64,000 bases of DNA from a virus. Both the position numbers and the translations under genes were made by a program. The stretch lies in the IMG/VR virus record IMGVR_UViG_3300044729_003129, positions 109,761 through 173,760 of that record; one strand, written 5' to 3'. The notes beneath the pieces were generated by a model. That model had not been told where the DNA came from and did no database searches. It saw only the letters and a list, made by a program, of their open reading frames with translations. Positions 8,646 through 20,100 of the stretch are shown here, one piece after another. Numbering within the stretch: the stretch's first letter is position 1; each line of letters begins with the position of its first letter.

Positions 8646-10220
8646 TTATCGTTGTTCTAATTGTTTTTCGAGTGTCTGCACACGACCAGTCAACTCTTTT
8701 ACTGCTTCAATGAGTACTGCAGTCAATTTTCCATAATCTATGCCCTCAACTTCGTCAGTCTCTGTCTTATGCACAAGTTCTGGATAAACCTCATACACTT
8801 CTTCTGCTATTAATCCAAGATCAGCCTTTTTAGTTTCTTTCCAAACATATGAAACTCCGTTTAACGAGTTTACTTTAGCCAGCGAATCTTGTAGTGGGCG
8901 TATGTCTTTCTTATAACGAATCGAAGAACGAGATGTAAATGAAGCAGCATTTACATCTGCACCAAAGGTCGCATTATTGGTCTCTAAGTTAATGTCTAAT
9001 GGCCAACGACCATTAAGATCCTGCATCGTTGTAGAATTATTGCCAGACGAGCGACGTATAGAAAATATATTGTTGTCTACATATATCATCGAACCACGAT
9101 GATTTGTGTCTTGAAGATATATTGTTGGAGTTTCGTAGTTTAAATAGAGCGCATTATTACCTGTAAATGTTGAAGCCTTCAGCGGAGCAAAGGCGGTGTC
9201 TCCCGCGTCACGTATTTCTAATCCTGATCCACCACGAACATGTTTTAATAGAGTTGCAGTTGAACCAACTGCATGTAATGCTAGCAATGTATTTCCAGAT
9301 GTGCTGCGTGTTTCAAGTCCAGCGGTAGCCCACCCAACTTGTCCGTTTGTTACTGAACGACACGGCCCATATGTTTCAAGTGTTTTTGTGTCACCAAAAA
9401 ACTTTGCAGAAACTTCATGCTTGCCATTGAATATTGTAGTGTTTAAAAAGTTTGTAACTGTGCTATCACTATTTTCATAGTTAAGCGCAATTTCTGCATT
9501 ATTTGCAAAAGTCGTATTAATTTGATTTCCAATAATTTCTATGGCTCCAATTATTTGACGCGATGATGTCACAGTATTGTCTGGCGCTACTGACAGCCCT
9601 CGAATATTTATTGCTCCATTTCCAGCATTAAGTATGCTTAATGCTCCATCTACCCCAGGGCTGCGTATAATGCGGGCGTCATAATCGATGATTGGTGACG
9701 ATGAATGAAAATCAATAATAGATTCGCTGTTGGACGTAATTCCTGTGCCTAATTCAATTGCTTGATGAAAAATACCTATTGAACCAGTACCACTCCAGTT
9801 AGGTGCTCTAGCTGTTAATTTTGCTGGGGTAATTTCACCATCTTTTATTTTTATAGCAACTACAGCGTCTGTTGCAAGTTTAGATTCAGTAATTGCACCA
9901 GCATTAATGCTTATTGGTATATTAATATTTTCGGTGCCATCAAAAAGAGGAATTGGAGAAGATGTAGTAACTTCTCCAGTGACATTTATGGCACGAGCAA
10001 AACGTAAGCGATCCGCCACTGCAGATCCAAAAAGAGTCTTATCAAGAATAATACTACGCGTAGAGTTGGTGGGGTCAGTAAATTTTAATCTATTGATGTC
10101 CAAAAATTCCCCCTGTAGGAGTGATGCAGATCCAAGATCTAAACTATCACGTATATGCCCCTTTTCAACTTCTGTGGGAGCATTTAGTAAATATGGACCT
10201 AAATTAATTGGTGTTGACAT
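8646..10220 (-). CDS. Tail fibre with C-terminal S74 intramolecular chaperone
   Basis: SSIRYKKDI...GLIAEEV..VYPELV...IDYGKLTAVLIEAVKEL coiled coil; IDFH...DYDARII fibre motif. Confidence 0.85.
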   Translation of the reverse strand: MSTPINLGPYLLNAPTEVEKGHIRDSLDLGSASLLQGEFLDINRLKFTDPTNSTRSIILDKTLFGSAVADRLRFARAINVTGEVTTSSPIPLFDGTENINIPISINAGAITESKLATDAVVAIKIKDGEITPAKLTARAPNWSGTGSIGIFHQAIELGTGITSNSESIIDFHSSSPIIDYDARIIRSPGVDGALSILNAGNGAINIRGLSVAPDNTVTSSRQIIGAIEIIGNQINTTFANNAEIALNYENSDSTVTNFLNTTIFNGKHEVSAKFFGDTKTLETYGPCRSVTNGQVGWATAGLETRSTSGNTLLALHAVGSTATLLKHVRGGSGLEIRDAGDTAFAPLKASTFTGNNALYLNYETPTIYLQDTNHRGSMIYVDNNIFSIRRSSGNNSTTMQDLNGRWPLDINLETNNATFGADVNAASFTSRSSIRYKKDIRPLQDSLAKVNSLNGVSYVWKETKKADLGLIAEEVYEVYPELVHKTETDEVEGIDYGKLTAVLIEAVKELTGRVQTLEKQLEQR

Positions 10221-10239
10221 ATAAGCTTATTTATAAAAT

Positions 10240-10479
10240 TTAATTAGACTCTGGTGTCTGTAATACAACCTCATCACTTATATGATATACAAGATTGTTG
10301 TCTACTATATATTCTTCGCACTCTTCTTTTGTGCCGACAAATAGATTTACTGATGTAGATGTCGTCGTCGTCGACTCAAAAAATTCAATTACAACTTTGT
10401 CGTCGTCGAAGAGCAGATGCCATAATCCGATATGAACTTCGTCGCTGTATGACCAACCATTATTTTTAGGACGTAACAT
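10240..10479 (-). CDS. Small acidic fibre-associated protein
   Basis: 79 aa, LFVGTKEECEEYI; follows the autotransporter-repeat gene. Confidence 0.55.
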   Translation of the reverse strand: MLRPKNNGWSYSDEVHIGLWHLLFDDDKVVIEFFESTTTTSTSVNLFVGTKEECEEYIVDNNLVYHISDEVVLQTPESN

Positions 10480-10480
10480 A

Positions 10481-13400
10481 TTATGAGTTTATTGTTAGTG
10501 TTGAATTTGTAGAGTTGTATGTCGCGGTACGCGTGCCAGCACCAGTTAGAATAATACTCGTATAGCTTTGTGCTGTCGATCCTGGGAAAAATCTGTATGT
10601 ACTTCCAACGGTTGGTACAGACGAGAAGGAAACGCTCAATGAAGTGTCTCTAAATGTCGCGGTAGCGATTGATTGAGCTACTACTAGCGCACCGTCCTGT
10701 ATGTCTGTGACGCCGCTGTATGTATTAGTGCCAGACAGTGTAGCGGTGCCGGTTCCAGTTTTCGTTAGTGCTAGATTACCAGTTAAACTGTTACTTGCCG
10801 TAAAATTGTTGCTATTGTTAATCGTCAGCGTAGCAAGTGTGGCACTGCGGTTTGTAATGATGTTTTGAGTTGGATCAGATCCGGTCGCAATCAGACTTGT
10901 CGCAGTTTGATTATAACCGTTTAGATCTACTCGACCATAAGCGGTGCCGGTTCCAGATCCTAATGAGAGTCCAACCGAGGACCAAACGTTTGCGCGATTT
11001 GTAATTAAGTAGGCAGTTCCGCCTCCAAGTATATTAAATGTTGTGGTGCCTACACTTGTGATGTTGCAGTCAAGACGTATATCTCCTCCACTATGATTGA
11101 ATAGGTTAGAATAAGCAGTTGCTGTAACCAGATTGATGCCACCAGTAATGGAAAGAGTAGCACCAGTCGATACGCTGATACGAGTCACTGAATCAGCAAT
11201 TGTAATAGCACCAGCATAGATGTTGTTACCCATATTGCTTTGCAATGCACCTCCATAACCATTGTATCCTTGACCTGCAAGTGTTATATTATTTGATACA
11301 GTTATGTTGTTTTGCAGAAGCAGAGCACCTCCCCAACCGCCTTCGGTACTTGCAGCGAGTGTAGATGAAGGTGCTCCGCCTCGCATCATCGTAACAGGAC
11401 CAGAACCAAGGGCTCCTGAGGCGGTTATGATAACTCGTCCATTTATTATAACTGTGCCGCCAGAATAGCTATTCGCGCCATTTGACAGTGTTAAACCTAG
11501 GACAGCCGAGTTTGTTTGCTGACCAACAACTAGTTTACAGGTGTTGCTTGGACTGTTGTTTGACAGCACACCAGATATTGTAAAGTTATTGTTTGCTGGA
11601 ATGACTACAAGTTCGCTGTTTGACCCATTAGTTATATTACCGGACAATGTTACTGTTCCGGTTCCCACATTTAGCAAGCCATTTGCCTTTAGCGCTCCTG
11701 CTATTGTGCCACTTCCGCCATTAAATCGCAGTGTGTTAACTGATGCATTTGCAGCAAAGGTTGAACTGTTTGTTGTGATGCTATAATTAGACGTGCCTGT
11801 TGTATCAACTACTCCTGAACCGTTTGTTATGGTTGTGCCATCAAGTCCGTAAACATTATGGACAGTATTGACAGCAGCATATCGGGTTGAAGTTCCAACG
11901 CCATAGAGTGCCCATGGACCTAATATTCCATTATTACTAAGCGTTGTAGGATAGTCTAACCCAGACAATGTAGATGAAATGGTTCCTCTTAAATTTAAAA
12001 TAGCAGAATCATTTCGTGTAAACGTTCCGCTGGTGCCGAGGGGATCGATTAGCGCGATGCCAAGTATCAATCGATTCGCCTGATCACCATTAATTATTTG
12101 CAGGTGATTGATAGTAATATTTGAATTTATTGTTCCGTCACCACTTAATATCGACACTACATTCATAGTGATTGGAGCGGTTAGCGGAGTAGTTGAAGTA
12201 TAGACTAGTTTTGATAAGTATGTCCCGCCTACTAGTCCTCCCATTATAATCCCACTTGTAGAATTTATAGAGGCGCTAGGACGCAATTGCAGTGTGCCAT
12301 TAGTTATTGTCGTAGATCCAGTATAACTATTTGTGTTTGACAACCACCAAGTTCCAGCATTAGTTTTAGACAACGATGTACGTTTACCGCTTGCAGCATC
12401 CTCATCTCCAATAATACCAGAAAATTCACCGATTCCAGTTCCTCTAAGTGATAAATCACGAGTGGTGCTGTTTAGACTGTTTGCAAAACCCAAATTTGAT
12501 GTGAAATTTAATATGGTTCCGGCTGTTCCATTTGCATTGATTGCCGCCCCACCACCAGACCGCCCATATAAACATATTTGACGATCGGTGCTGGCTTCTC
12601 CTCCAGTATATGTCAGTGTTCCAATTGAGCTTCCTGTAGGATTGCCAAGTCCTATAATTCCATTTGCTGTGATGCTTGCTGTGCCTAGTGAACTCGCGCC
12701 GTTGCCAGAACCAACATTATTGATAGAAGAGATTGTTAGAGATCCTTCTTGAATTTCAGTACGAGCATCATATGTATTAGAGGAGCCAAGCGTGAGGTTG
12801 CCAAATCCTCTTTTAACTATTGGTCCTCCGTTGTATACACCTGAAAAATTAATATTGCTAGAAGAGAGACTACTAGTAACAATACAACCATTGCTGAGTG
12901 TTGCTATATTTCCAGACAGCGTAAAGGTAGACAGCTCCGCGGCATTTCTAATTGTGACTGGAAAAAGATTTGTTCCTGTTGCAGTAACGGTTCCGGACCA
13001 CGTGTTGTCTCTTGCAATGCTTTCGAATATTGCGGAGGATGGACCACTAGTGTCAATAGTTAACGGTTTATTTGCAACACTAAAACCACCAGAAAGAGAC
13101 AAAGTTGAAGCGCCAGAAAGTGAAAAACTTGATGATGACGTGATTGCTGTACTTGATGCAGCAATCAGGCGCCCATTGTTTATGACTGTAGAACCAGAAT
13201 ATGAATTGTTTCCTGAAAGAGTGAATGTTCCAGTTCCAGTCTTAGTCAAAGAACCTGTTCCAGACAAGTTTCCAGAAAACGTACTCGTCACGCCGTTAGA
13301 ACCGACAATTATGCTATTGCCTCCAATATTTAGCGGGGCACTTCCAGACAAACCTCCAATAGCATACGCGTTGGTTCCACTTACTCCAAACGATAGCGTT

Positions 13401-14323
13401 CCGGAGTTTAGCGTCAGTGTAGAATTTTGAAGTGAATTTATGTTGTTTAGTGCCAACCCACCAGAATTTAGTGCAAGTGTACCTGTGTATGCAGTAGCGG
13501 TTGAAAGTGTAAGCGTTCCAGAGCCAGTTTTATTTAAAATCATGCTGCTAGCATCATTTGTTATATTAGACAGCATTATATTTCCTGGACTACAGTTTAT
13601 AACTTTTTCATAACCGATTGGAAAATCAATTGTAGCTGAAATTGTTTGAGTATTGCTTGAATAGTTATGTATGCCATTATATGTTAAAGAAAGCGAGTTT
13701 CCAGACAACGTGTATGATCCAGATGTGTTGTTGAAAGTTAACCCATTGATATAGGCGATTGATGTATCGTTTGTCATCGCTAATCCCGTCGTTCCGCTAA
13801 AGTATAGCGCGTCATATGGCAGCGGCGCAAGAGTATTGCTCCAGTTGCTAGCATTACTAAACAGACCGTTTAATCCAAGACCTGACCATATTTGTTCAGT
13901 CTCGCCATTTACACTATAAGAGACATTAAAATTAAACCCGTCCAAAGCTGCAACATGGGCATTAACTTTAGACACACGCGTTGTGCGATTTGGTGTACCC
14001 ATAGACGTGCCGGACAGCGATATATCTATTGTCTTATCTAAACTAGAAGTTATAAAACCACGATTTCTATCAATGTCTGTTATTATGGTTTCTATATCTG
14101 CCGCTGATGATATATTATTGTCCTCAAGACGTATCTTTTGTAGCAGCGGGTTTCTTCGCAGTGAAGAAACTGAAGTAACTCCGTTATTTGCTCCTGTTAC
14201 TCCTACAAGGTTTGGAAAATTTGAAATGTCTAGCGTCCCGCCTAAAGAAGGAGACGAAGATCCAAAATTTATAGACGTAACATAACCAAGTCTGTTATCT
14301 GGAGACAGTGAAATTGATGGCAT
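10481..14323 (-). CDS. Large adhesin with autotransporter-associated beta-strand repeats
   Basis: At least five LxKxGxGTxTLSxxNxYxG repeats, short LRR-like N-terminus; no signal peptide or beta-barrel seen. Confidence 0.8.
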   Translation of the reverse strand: MPSISLSPDNRLGYVTSINFGSSSPSLGGTLDISNFPNLVGVTGANNGVTSVSSLRRNPLLQKIRLEDNNISSAADIETIITDIDRNRGFITSSLDKTIDISLSGTSMGTPNRTTRVSKVNAHVAALDGFNFNVSYSVNGETEQIWSGLGLNGLFSNASNWSNTLAPLPYDALYFSGTTGLAMTNDTSIAYINGLTFNNTSGSYTLSGNSLSLTYNGIHNYSSNTQTISATIDFPIGYEKVINCSPGNIMLSNITNDASSMILNKTGSGTLTLSTATAYTGTLALNSGGLALNNINSLQNSTLTLNSGTLSFGVSGTNAYAIGGLSGSAPLNIGGNSIIVGSNGVTSTFSGNLSGTGSLTKTGTGTFTLSGNNSYSGSTVINNGRLIAASSTAITSSSSFSLSGASTLSLSGGFSVANKPLTIDTSGPSSAIFESIARDNTWSGTVTATGTNLFPVTIRNAAELSTFTLSGNIATLSNGCIVTSSLSSSNINFSGVYNGGPIVKRGFGNLTLGSSNTYDARTEIQEGSLTISSINNVGSGNGASSLGTASITANGIIGLGNPTGSSIGTLTYTGGEASTDRQICLYGRSGGGAAINANGTAGTILNFTSNLGFANSLNSTTRDLSLRGTGIGEFSGIIGDEDAASGKRTSLSKTNAGTWWLSNTNSYTGSTTITNGTLQLRPSASINSTSGIIMGGLVGGTYLSKLVYTSTTPLTAPITMNVVSILSGDGTINSNITINHLQIINGDQANRLILGIALIDPLGTSGTFTRNDSAILNLRGTISSTLSGLDYPTTLSNNGILGPWALYGVGTSTRYAAVNTVHNVYGLDGTTITNGSGVVDTTGTSNYSITTNSSTFAANASVNTLRFNGGSGTIAGALKANGLLNVGTGTVTLSGNITNGSNSELVVIPANNNFTISGVLSNNSPSNTCKLVVGQQTNSAVLGLTLSNGANSYSGGTVIINGRVIITASGALGSGPVTMMRGGAPSSTLAASTEGGWGGALLLQNNITVSNNITLAGQGYNGYGGALQSNMGNNIYAGAITIADSVTRISVSTGATLSITGGINLVTATAYSNLFNHSGGDIRLDCNITSVGTTTFNILGGGTAYLITNRANVWSSVGLSLGSGTGTAYGRVDLNGYNQTATSLIATGSDPTQNIITNRSATLATLTINNSNNFTASNSLTGNLALTKTGTGTATLSGTNTYSGVTDIQDGALVVAQSIATATFRDTSLSVSFSSVPTVGSTYRFFPGSTAQSYTSIILTGAGTRTATYNSTNSTLTINS

Positions 14324-14335
14324 AATGTATATTTA

Positions 14336-15241
14336 TTAAGCAATGTATGTATGAGATTTAACTTGACCTGAACTTATAGTTTCACTGCTGCCGTCACCCC
14401 AATCTACAGTGATGTTGTCTATTGTGGTGTCTGCCGAAAAACTGCTATAGGTGAGTCCGTTACCTTCATTATACAGGTCAACAATTTCAATTTCAGTTAG
14501 TGGGCGCAGCCACAATCCCGTAGAGTCGACTGATCCAGTATATCCAAATTCACCACCATTATCAATTGATCCAAGTTTGAAAGTTGCAGAACCGTCTAGG
14601 GGGATGTTTGCCGGCACTCCAGTAGAGGTACTGCGTAAAACTCCATTGATATACAGTCGTGCAGACGCTGTTACTGGATCATAGACGCCAACAACATGAT
14701 TCCAACCTCCAGTATTTGGAAATTGAGTGAGCCAATAGTTTGGGTCGTTGCCTAAAACAAATATAATATCATTTCCCGTACCGCTGCCGCCGGCAGCATT
14801 AACAAATGGTGCTGTACTGATGCCTATCAAAAATCCTTTACCGGTTTGCCATTGCGAAACTGCAGGTCCTATGTTTGCTGGTGATCCATTTAACCACGTT
14901 GACACTGTAAAGCCATTAGGCGCTAAACTATAGGTAAAATTATTCGTTAACCATCCGCCGGCGCCGGTGAAGAGTACTGCGGTGCCGAGTTGGATCGGCA
15001 ATGCACCCGAGCCGAAAAACGCAATATTGCGATTGGCGTGAGAGTCACTACCTGCGGCCGCGGAATCTAGTTCCCAGAAACCAGTTAGACCCGTCAACAG
15101 ACTATTTTTATTGCCAAACTTCAAAGAGAAGTTGTTTAAAACTGTAGTTGTACTATAGCTAAATGACCAGATTCTATTAATTTTTTGAATGACTTGCAAA
15201 ACTTGAGCAAGTGTCGCACGCTTAAAGTCTTGAATATTCAT
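14336..15241 (-). CDS. LamG/concanavalin-A-like lectin domain protein
   Basis: GLTGFWELD, FTVSTW, WNHVVGVYD..RLYING, LWLRPLTEIEI..LYN; C-terminal VDWGDG. Confidence 0.8.
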   Translation of the reverse strand: MNIQDFKRATLAQVLQVIQKINRIWSFSYSTTTVLNNFSLKFGNKNSLLTGLTGFWELDSAAAGSDSHANRNIAFFGSGALPIQLGTAVLFTGAGGWLTNNFTYSLAPNGFTVSTWLNGSPANIGPAVSQWQTGKGFLIGISTAPFVNAAGGSGTGNDIIFVLGNDPNYWLTQFPNTGGWNHVVGVYDPVTASARLYINGVLRSTSTGVPANIPLDGSATFKLGSIDNGGEFGYTGSVDSTGLWLRPLTEIEIVDLYNEGNGLTYSSFSADTTIDNITVDWGDGSSETISSGQVKSHTYIA

Positions 15242-15243
15242 AA

Positions 15244-17112
15244 TTAATTTAACACGCCAATTGCAATAAATTTATTAGCTATATCTGATTTATAGATATA
15301 AACTGATGACCATTTAACTGTATTATTAAATGTAATGTTGTCGTTAACTGTGTTTCCAGATCCGCTCGCGATGTTAACTGTAAGTATAGCTCCTCCAACA
15401 TTTACGATACCCACGCTCCATCCAGAGTTTGCCGAAGCATATGTTGGGAGTGTTAAGGTATTTGCTCCTGTGACATGAAATATTTTACCATCATCAGCGT
15501 TTGTAAAAGTTTTACCACTTCCAGTTATGCTTGAATCAAATGTAGTATTTGTGCCAGAAGTAACACGACCGTATGCATCGACAGTTACATTTTCATATGT
15601 GCCGGCTGACACTCCAGTCGTAGCAAGATCAATTGAATCTGCATTCGCAACTATGCGGCCACTTGTACCTCCAACGTTCAAGATTAATCCATCAGCAGAC
15701 AAACCAGCACCGGCTACAGGCGTGCCTGCTCCAGAAAATTGAATAAAGTTTACAGGTGAAACCCCAACTGATGCTACAGCTTCACCGAGCACCCAACCAG
15801 TATTTGCGTATGTTGAACCATGAGTAACAAATACGAAATCTCCGCCAGCCATTTCAACCGGAGTATCAAAATCAGTAGCACGATCTAAACGTGTCGTCGA
15901 TGCGATAACATAGATACCGTTGCGTAGCGCCTGACTTTGACCATTTACTATAATACGCGCGCCAGCCCCAAGATCAAGATCACCTTCGAGTCCAGTAGTA
16001 AAATTAATTGGGTTGCTGAGTGTTAAGTATGCTCCAACACCATCAGTTCCATTATTATACTCAACACTGCCGCCTGTAATAGTTTCAAGCGATGTGTTTA
16101 GTATAACATGCACTGAGGCATGAACATGCAGTCCTTCAGCAAGTGTGTCGACGTAACCTTTAGTCGCGAGTATCTGATTGTTCGCATAGACATTTCCACC
16201 AGCATAGATGTCTCCACTTACGCCAACTCCACCAGTCACTACAAGTGAACCAGTCGTCGATGAAGATGAAGCGATGCTATCAGTTAGCAACACTCCTGCA
16301 GTCCCCTTTGTTGCGCTTGATGTCGAACGCAGTGTCAGTGTACCACTCGCTGCGGTTGATCCGTTGATCGTGCCTATAGTTGGTGTTGTTAATGACGGAC
16401 TAGACGCAAACACCAAAGAACCGCTGCCAGTTTCGTCACTTATAACTCCAGCAAGTTGCGCAGAAGTTGTAGATGCAAATTGACTAAGATCATCAGTAGT
16501 TGCAAGTGTGCCTGAACGATCTGGTAGTGTCCAATTGCGATCAGCAGCTATATTTGCGGTTTGCAATCGACCTTTAAATGTGTTATAGAACCACACAAAT
16601 GCACCACGAATTCTTTCAATTGCAGATGAATTGTTTGTAGCACTATTTCCAAATTCTGCATGATATGTGGAACTATTGCTGCTTATAACTGCAGCTGTAG
16701 AACTACCGCTGCTTATAATTGCGCCAATACCAGAAGTACTGTTTATATTTGCACCTATGCCACTCACTGCAGATGCATTTATTGCGGTTTGAGTGTTTAG
16801 AGCAGACACCCGAGCAGTAGTAGACGCGCTAGAAGAAATATCTAATGCATACAGGTCTGGATCAGATACATTACTAATGACTCCATTAAAAACACCAGAG
16901 CCATCACCATTTCTCTTTACTACAGAATTTTGACTGCCTTCGTCGTCAAGATACGGAGTCTCATGTACAACAATTCCTCCGTCAAGTTCTTTGTAATACA
17001 ATTTTTTATCAGCATAATTAAGTGCTAATTCGCCAAAATCCAAGAAATCTTCTAGTGGAACTGCACCAGGAACTGGACTATTTTTTAAAATTATTTTTTT
17101 ATAATCTGACAT
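15244..17112 (-). CDS. Tail fibre protein (Mtd-N-like anchor)
   Basis: GELALNYADKKLYYK anchor, ATKGYVD, NGIYV..RATDFD..QFSGAG and VTVDAYGRVT fibre modules. Confidence 0.75.
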   Translation of the reverse strand: MSDYKKIILKNSPVPGAVPLEDFLDFGELALNYADKKLYYKELDGGIVVHETPYLDDEGSQNSVVKRNGDGSGVFNGVISNVSDPDLYALDISSSASTTARVSALNTQTAINASAVSGIGANINSTSGIGAIISSGSSTAAVISSNSSTYHAEFGNSATNNSSAIERIRGAFVWFYNTFKGRLQTANIAADRNWTLPDRSGTLATTDDLSQFASTTSAQLAGVISDETGSGSLVFASSPSLTTPTIGTINGSTAASGTLTLRSTSSATKGTAGVLLTDSIASSSSTTGSLVVTGGVGVSGDIYAGGNVYANNQILATKGYVDTLAEGLHVHASVHVILNTSLETITGGSVEYNNGTDGVGAYLTLSNPINFTTGLEGDLDLGAGARIIVNGQSQALRNGIYVIASTTRLDRATDFDTPVEMAGGDFVFVTHGSTYANTGWVLGEAVASVGVSPVNFIQFSGAGTPVAGAGLSADGLILNVGGTSGRIVANADSIDLATTGVSAGTYENVTVDAYGRVTSGTNTTFDSSITGSGKTFTNADDGKIFHVTGANTLTLPTYASANSGWSVGIVNVGGAILTVNIASGSGNTVNDNITFNNTVKWSSVYIYKSDIANKFIAIGVLN

Positions 17113-17113
17113 A

Positions 17114-20100
17114 TTATTTAATGCGTGTAAAGTCTGTTCTCAATGCGTTATTTGGTAAATTTGGATCAATCATATAGGCATTATATCCAGAAAAATATAG
17201 TGAACCATCATCTAATAACAAGACTGTATAGTCTTCAGAGTCATAAGGTGATACACATTGTATATCAACTATTTTTTCTACAATTTCTGAACTTAAATTA
17301 AGACGGGTCCAACTATTTAATTGAAGTGCACTTCCATTTCCAGCTTGATAATGGCCATTTTTTCCGACAGCAAACAAGTAATATTTATTGTCAGACGCTC
17401 TGTATGCTTTTGCAAAATTTACGTTGTCTGAATAATAACCATTTCCACACCAAAAGTCTTCGAGGCTATATCCAGACGGAAGTGGTCCAGACAGTCTCCA
17501 TTGAGTACTTTCACCAGTTATACCAAATTTATTTCCAGTATTTGTGCCTGAACACCAAATTTCATTAACTAATGTTGGGGCAGAAGCAAATCCAAGCGCT
17601 CGAACTAAACCTCTATTAGTATTGTATGTTGGTGCTCCTCCAATTACAATATTTCCATTTGCACTTAGTGCTGCGGTTGATCCAAATTTTTCAGTTGCAT
17701 TGGTTCCAGCAATATTACCTGTTAATAGCTGCCAATTGCTTCCAACTAGTCGATATATTCTAATATATCCATTATCTGTTTTGCCAAGAGTATCGGTGTT
17801 TGGTGCACCTATAGCAAGAGTTTGGCCGTCGCGCGATAGCACGACAGCACTTCCACTTGCGCCTTCTGCTGTAAGTCCAGTAATATCACTCCCCAATTGT
17901 TCCCAAACTGTAGTAGTTGAATTATACTGAAAGACTCGAGTTTGACCGCTATTTGATCCGTTGGCATCATTTCCAGGTGCACCTACTGCAAGTCGTGTTC
18001 CAGACCCACTAAGTGATATAATTGTACTATTATCTGAAGCAAGTTTTCCAGCAATGTCTCCTCCAAGTTGTGTCCACTCATTAAATCTTAATTGATAAAT
18101 TTTAACTATTCCAGCTCCACCGGTCCCATTTGAAGAAACTGCAATTATAGTGCCATCGGTATTAATTGCAACCGATGAACCAAAATTTTGATTAACTGAT
18201 ATTCCATCTATAACTGATCCAATTTGAGAGATAGTTGTGCCTACTATAGAATATGCTCGAACTTGTCCAACATTTAGAGCATTAGCACCATTAATTGTCT
18301 TACTCATATTTGGCGCACCAACTACAAAAACTCCTCCATTACCAGACATCGCAACGGAACTTCCAAATTTACTTCCCGCTTGACTTCCATTTAAATTAGT
18401 TCCTAGTTGAGACCAGGCATTTCCAGAATAATTATACACGCGTATCTGTCCAAAAATATTTGAAGCTTGACGATAACCGTCTGGAATTCCAACTACTAAT
18501 CGATTACCAAATGAATTTAAACTTACAGATTTTCCAAAGTTGCTTGATCCTTCTGTTCCATTTATAGTTGACCCATACTGAGACCATGTATTTCCAGAAT
18601 ATTGATAGCATAATACTTTCCCAACAGTTGGATTTGGTGATCCAACTGCAATAATATTTCCAGCATCATTACACGATAGAGAACTTCCAAATAAATCACC
18701 AGAAATATTTGTTGTTAAATCAGAACCTAGATTTATTGTAGTATTATTTTTATTGCCAAATATATATGCTGCACCTTTTCCATCTACATGTGCAGTTGTA
18801 TAAATTTTATTAATATTTAAATCAGGATTTTCCCAAATTAGTGTTGGTCGGTTTTTATTAGATGTTGTGCCATCGCCAAGTATTCCATTGCCGTTATAGC
18901 CCCAACCATAAATTACGTTTCCAGAGTCAGTTGTTAAAAATGCTGTAGTTGCAGAGTCTTCGCCTCCAGCATACAGCCTACATGATGAATAATCAGTTAT
19001 GCCTGATATTGTAACGGTATTAAATGTATTATTAACTGCAGATGGTGTTAGCCCATCGCCGCGCAGTCCAGTAGAACCATAACCAGACACCCGTATGCCA
19101 CTTGAAGTTAGTGCTATGCATGTTGCAGTTTCAGCAGTTCCATTCCATGTACCAATAATACAAGCATCAAAGACATTTTCAAGCACTGGTGTTGTCTCTC
19201 CAGCTGGTTTTGTTGCGGTGTTTGTTGTAGTTGTCCCATTGTTACCACGACCTAATATGCCATATTGGTTATATCCGGCAATCCACAGACGATTTGATGT
19301 ATCAATTACAGCAACGTTGTTAATGTCATAGCCACCACTAATTATAACCTTTTTAATTTTATTGCCAGCCGAATAGTTATAGAGCGGGTTGTATGCTTTT
19401 GTCCATTCTTTTACACGTACATCTACATTTGCTGTTCCAGGAAATGGCACCATGTTATAGGGGTTATGCCAAATGAGTCCAATTGCCCATAACTCGCCTT
19501 CATTGTCAAGGGCACATGCACTGTATCGTGTGACATGCAATTCTACTGCTTTTCTATTATCAGGCAATGGCATTTCGCAATGCGAATATTTGTCGGCGTG
19601 TCCAAATCTACTATATGGACTGCCTCCAGTTATTATTGGAACTCCGTCATGATTTATATAACAAAATTCACCAAAACCTGGTGCAGAACTGTGTGGCGCA
19701 TGACTTGGTTTGCTTACTAATCGCGCAGCAGGACCCTTTTTGAATACGAGTGTGTCGACATACTCACGCGTTGCAACTCTTCGACGAGTATTAGGATCAT
19801 TGCCTTCAAACAAGGCAGCAGAAGTGGAATCCCATGATGGCCCACCAAGACTCAGTTTAGAAGGGTCAACAGAATTATTTGCAAGTTTATCAGGTGTAAT
19901 TGCAAGTGGTGCTATTCCTAATTGACGATCGACATTAACTGTTAGTGTAGGGTCATGCCTTAAATTTAAAACCCCGGTGCCGCCATTTGCAAGCGACAAA
20001 CTTTGAATAGACTCTGTGCCTCGTATTATATCAAAAACATTTCCACGGTCGATAAAGGTATCGATTACATTGTCCGGTTTTGCTTTTATAAGTGCTCCGC

